A stretch of 63,245 nucleotides of DNA, counting the filler, from Reticulomyxa filosa (taxonomy: Eukaryota > Protista > Foraminifera): the NCBI GenBank assembly GCA_000512085.1. It is 16 parts of 16 records of this genome, joined end to end, with 100 filler letters (N's around TTAATTAATTAA, not from the genome) between each part and the next. Parts side by side here need not be neighbours in the genome. Positions count along the whole stretch, not along the records: positions 61,729 to 63,245 come from ASPP01044119.1; 15 more parts are not named here. The stretch is one strand, 5' to 3'. Below the pieces are notes generated by a model. The model searched no databases and was not told where the DNA came from. It was given only the letters and a program-made list of their open reading frames with translations. Positions 61,729-63,245 of this stretch are shown here, in pieces. Both the position numbers and the translations under genes were made by a program. Each line of letters begins with the position of its first letter. Position 1 is the stretch's first letter.

Positions 61729-63245
61729 CATCGTTATCTCCATCTTTTAATCCACTCATCAAAGCGTTGACACCTTCTTCCAATTGTTTCTCACTCGCTT
61801 TTGTTGCAATTATACCAAGTGATTTTGCACATGATTTACGAACATATTTATCTTCATCTTTGAATCCATCGATCAAAGTATAAATTGCATTTTCCAGTTG
61901 TTTCTCATTCAATTTCTCTAAAATTACTCCAAGTGATTTTATACATAATATACGAATAAAATAATATTTATCTTTTGATCCACTCATCAAAGCGTTGACG
62001 ACTTCTTCCAGTTGTTTCTCACTTGCTTTTGTTGCAATTATACCAAGTGATTTTTCACATAATTCACAATCCCTATCTTTTAACCCATGAATGAAAGCAT
62101 TGCAAACTCTATCCAGTTGTTTATCATTCAATTTTATTGAAATTGTTTCAAGTGATTTTTCACATAATTCACGAATATATTTATTTTCATCTTTTAATCC
62201 ATTCAAACATTCGAAAACACCATCCAATTGCTTTTTGTTTAATTTCATTGAAACATATCCAATAGATTTTGTATACAATTTACGATTCCGTTCACTGTTG
62301 TCTTTAAGTCCATTGATCAAATATGTGAAAACAGAATCGATTTGTGTTTCATTCAACTTCATTGCAATTCCTTCAAGTAAATCTCTAAATATATGACCAT
62401 CATATCGATCTTTATTTTGAAATAAATTAAACAGCCAACTAAATGCATAATTATCATATCCATTTATATTTTGAAATCCATCAATCAAACATTGAACAAT
62501 AATATCTAATTGTTTATCATTCAATTTCTTTGAAAGTGTTACAAGTGATTTTGCACATGAGGATCGAACACCCCAATTACTATCTTTTAATCCATTTGTG
62601 AAATATTGAAAAGCATCATCGAAATGTTTTCCATTTAGATTCATTGCAATTGTCTCAAGTAATTTTTTACATCCTCCACGCACATATGCATTATCATTTT
62701 TATCAATGAATATATCCATTGAAGAGTTAAAAGCTTCATTCAATTGTTGTTCATTACATTTATTTGAAATTATTTCAAGTATTCGAATGCACTTGATACG
62801 AGTATTTGGATGTTCATTTTTATCATTTAACTTATCCATAAAATGATTCAATGCAATGTTCATTTGTTTTTCATCCAATCTCTGTGCAATTCTGTAAAGT
62901 AGACCAGCGTATTTATCATCATATGTGTTATATATACCTTTCTTTTCACAATTGAATCTACTAATGAAATAATTTAAAGCATTATCGAATTGTTTCCCAG
63001 GCAATTTCACTGTAATTGTCTCAAGTGCTTCTCTATACTCCCAAGAAATATCTTTATTGAACATGTCTTTTGAAGAATTGAAAGCATCATTCAATTGTTT
63101 TTCATTCCATTTCATTGAGAGTTTTCCAAGTAATTCTGCGCATTTTTTACGACTATATTTACCTTTCTTTTCATCGGATAATCGATTAATCAAACATTGA
63201 AAGACATCACCTAATTGTTCTTCTTTCAATTTCATTAGAAATTGA
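61729..63245 (-). CDS. HEAT-repeat protein, internal fragment (expanded lineage family)
   Basis: About 13 repeats of ~38 aa with the pattern L..GLKD....VR..CAKSLG.I..KLNEKQL. Open at both ends. Confidence 0.9.

Noticed and set aside
1-63245. Gene cluster or operon interpretation, such as the RelA-like gene next to WD40 or HEAT genes
   Set aside because: These genes lie on different contigs joined artificially, so adjacency is not evidence of linkage.

Overview
This is AT-rich, intron-containing eukaryotic DNA, not one continuous locus. It consists of 16 short contigs joined by 15 artificial 100-bp linkers (N44-TTAATTAATTAA-N44), so gene neighbourhoods across linkers carry no meaning. The expanded WD40, HEAT and kelch families, many pseudogenes, microsatellite-rich introns and homopolymer frameshifts suggest a foraminiferan assembly such as Reticulomyxa filosa (inference). 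Recognisable genes are DHX16/Prp2, GFAT, the 3' end of OGDH E1, a PPPDE/DeSI peptidase, a GT47 exostosin, FAM136A, cytosolic IleRS, the 5' end of PDS5, the N-terminal part of PI4KA, DUF1308/C7orf25 and a SAM-U-box protein. There are also a decayed LINE, two decayed ABC1 kinase copies and several WD40, kelch and MYND pseudogenes. The strongest candidate for an undescribed system is a spliced gene at 10734-12057 (-). It encodes a ubiquitin-tail-like KLAGG|M leader, a CUE-like domain, a four-Cys domain and a RelA/SpoT-like nucleotidyltransferase, and may be the effector end of an NLR-like immune protein. Other leads are a heptameric telomere-like repeat (TTAGGGC) 1.4 kb from a WD40 gene, a ~200-bp LTR-like repeat with a non-canonical primer site, a GFAT whose catalytic Cys follows a presequence, a SAM domain split by ~385 aa, and introns with A-rich acceptors and hairpins.
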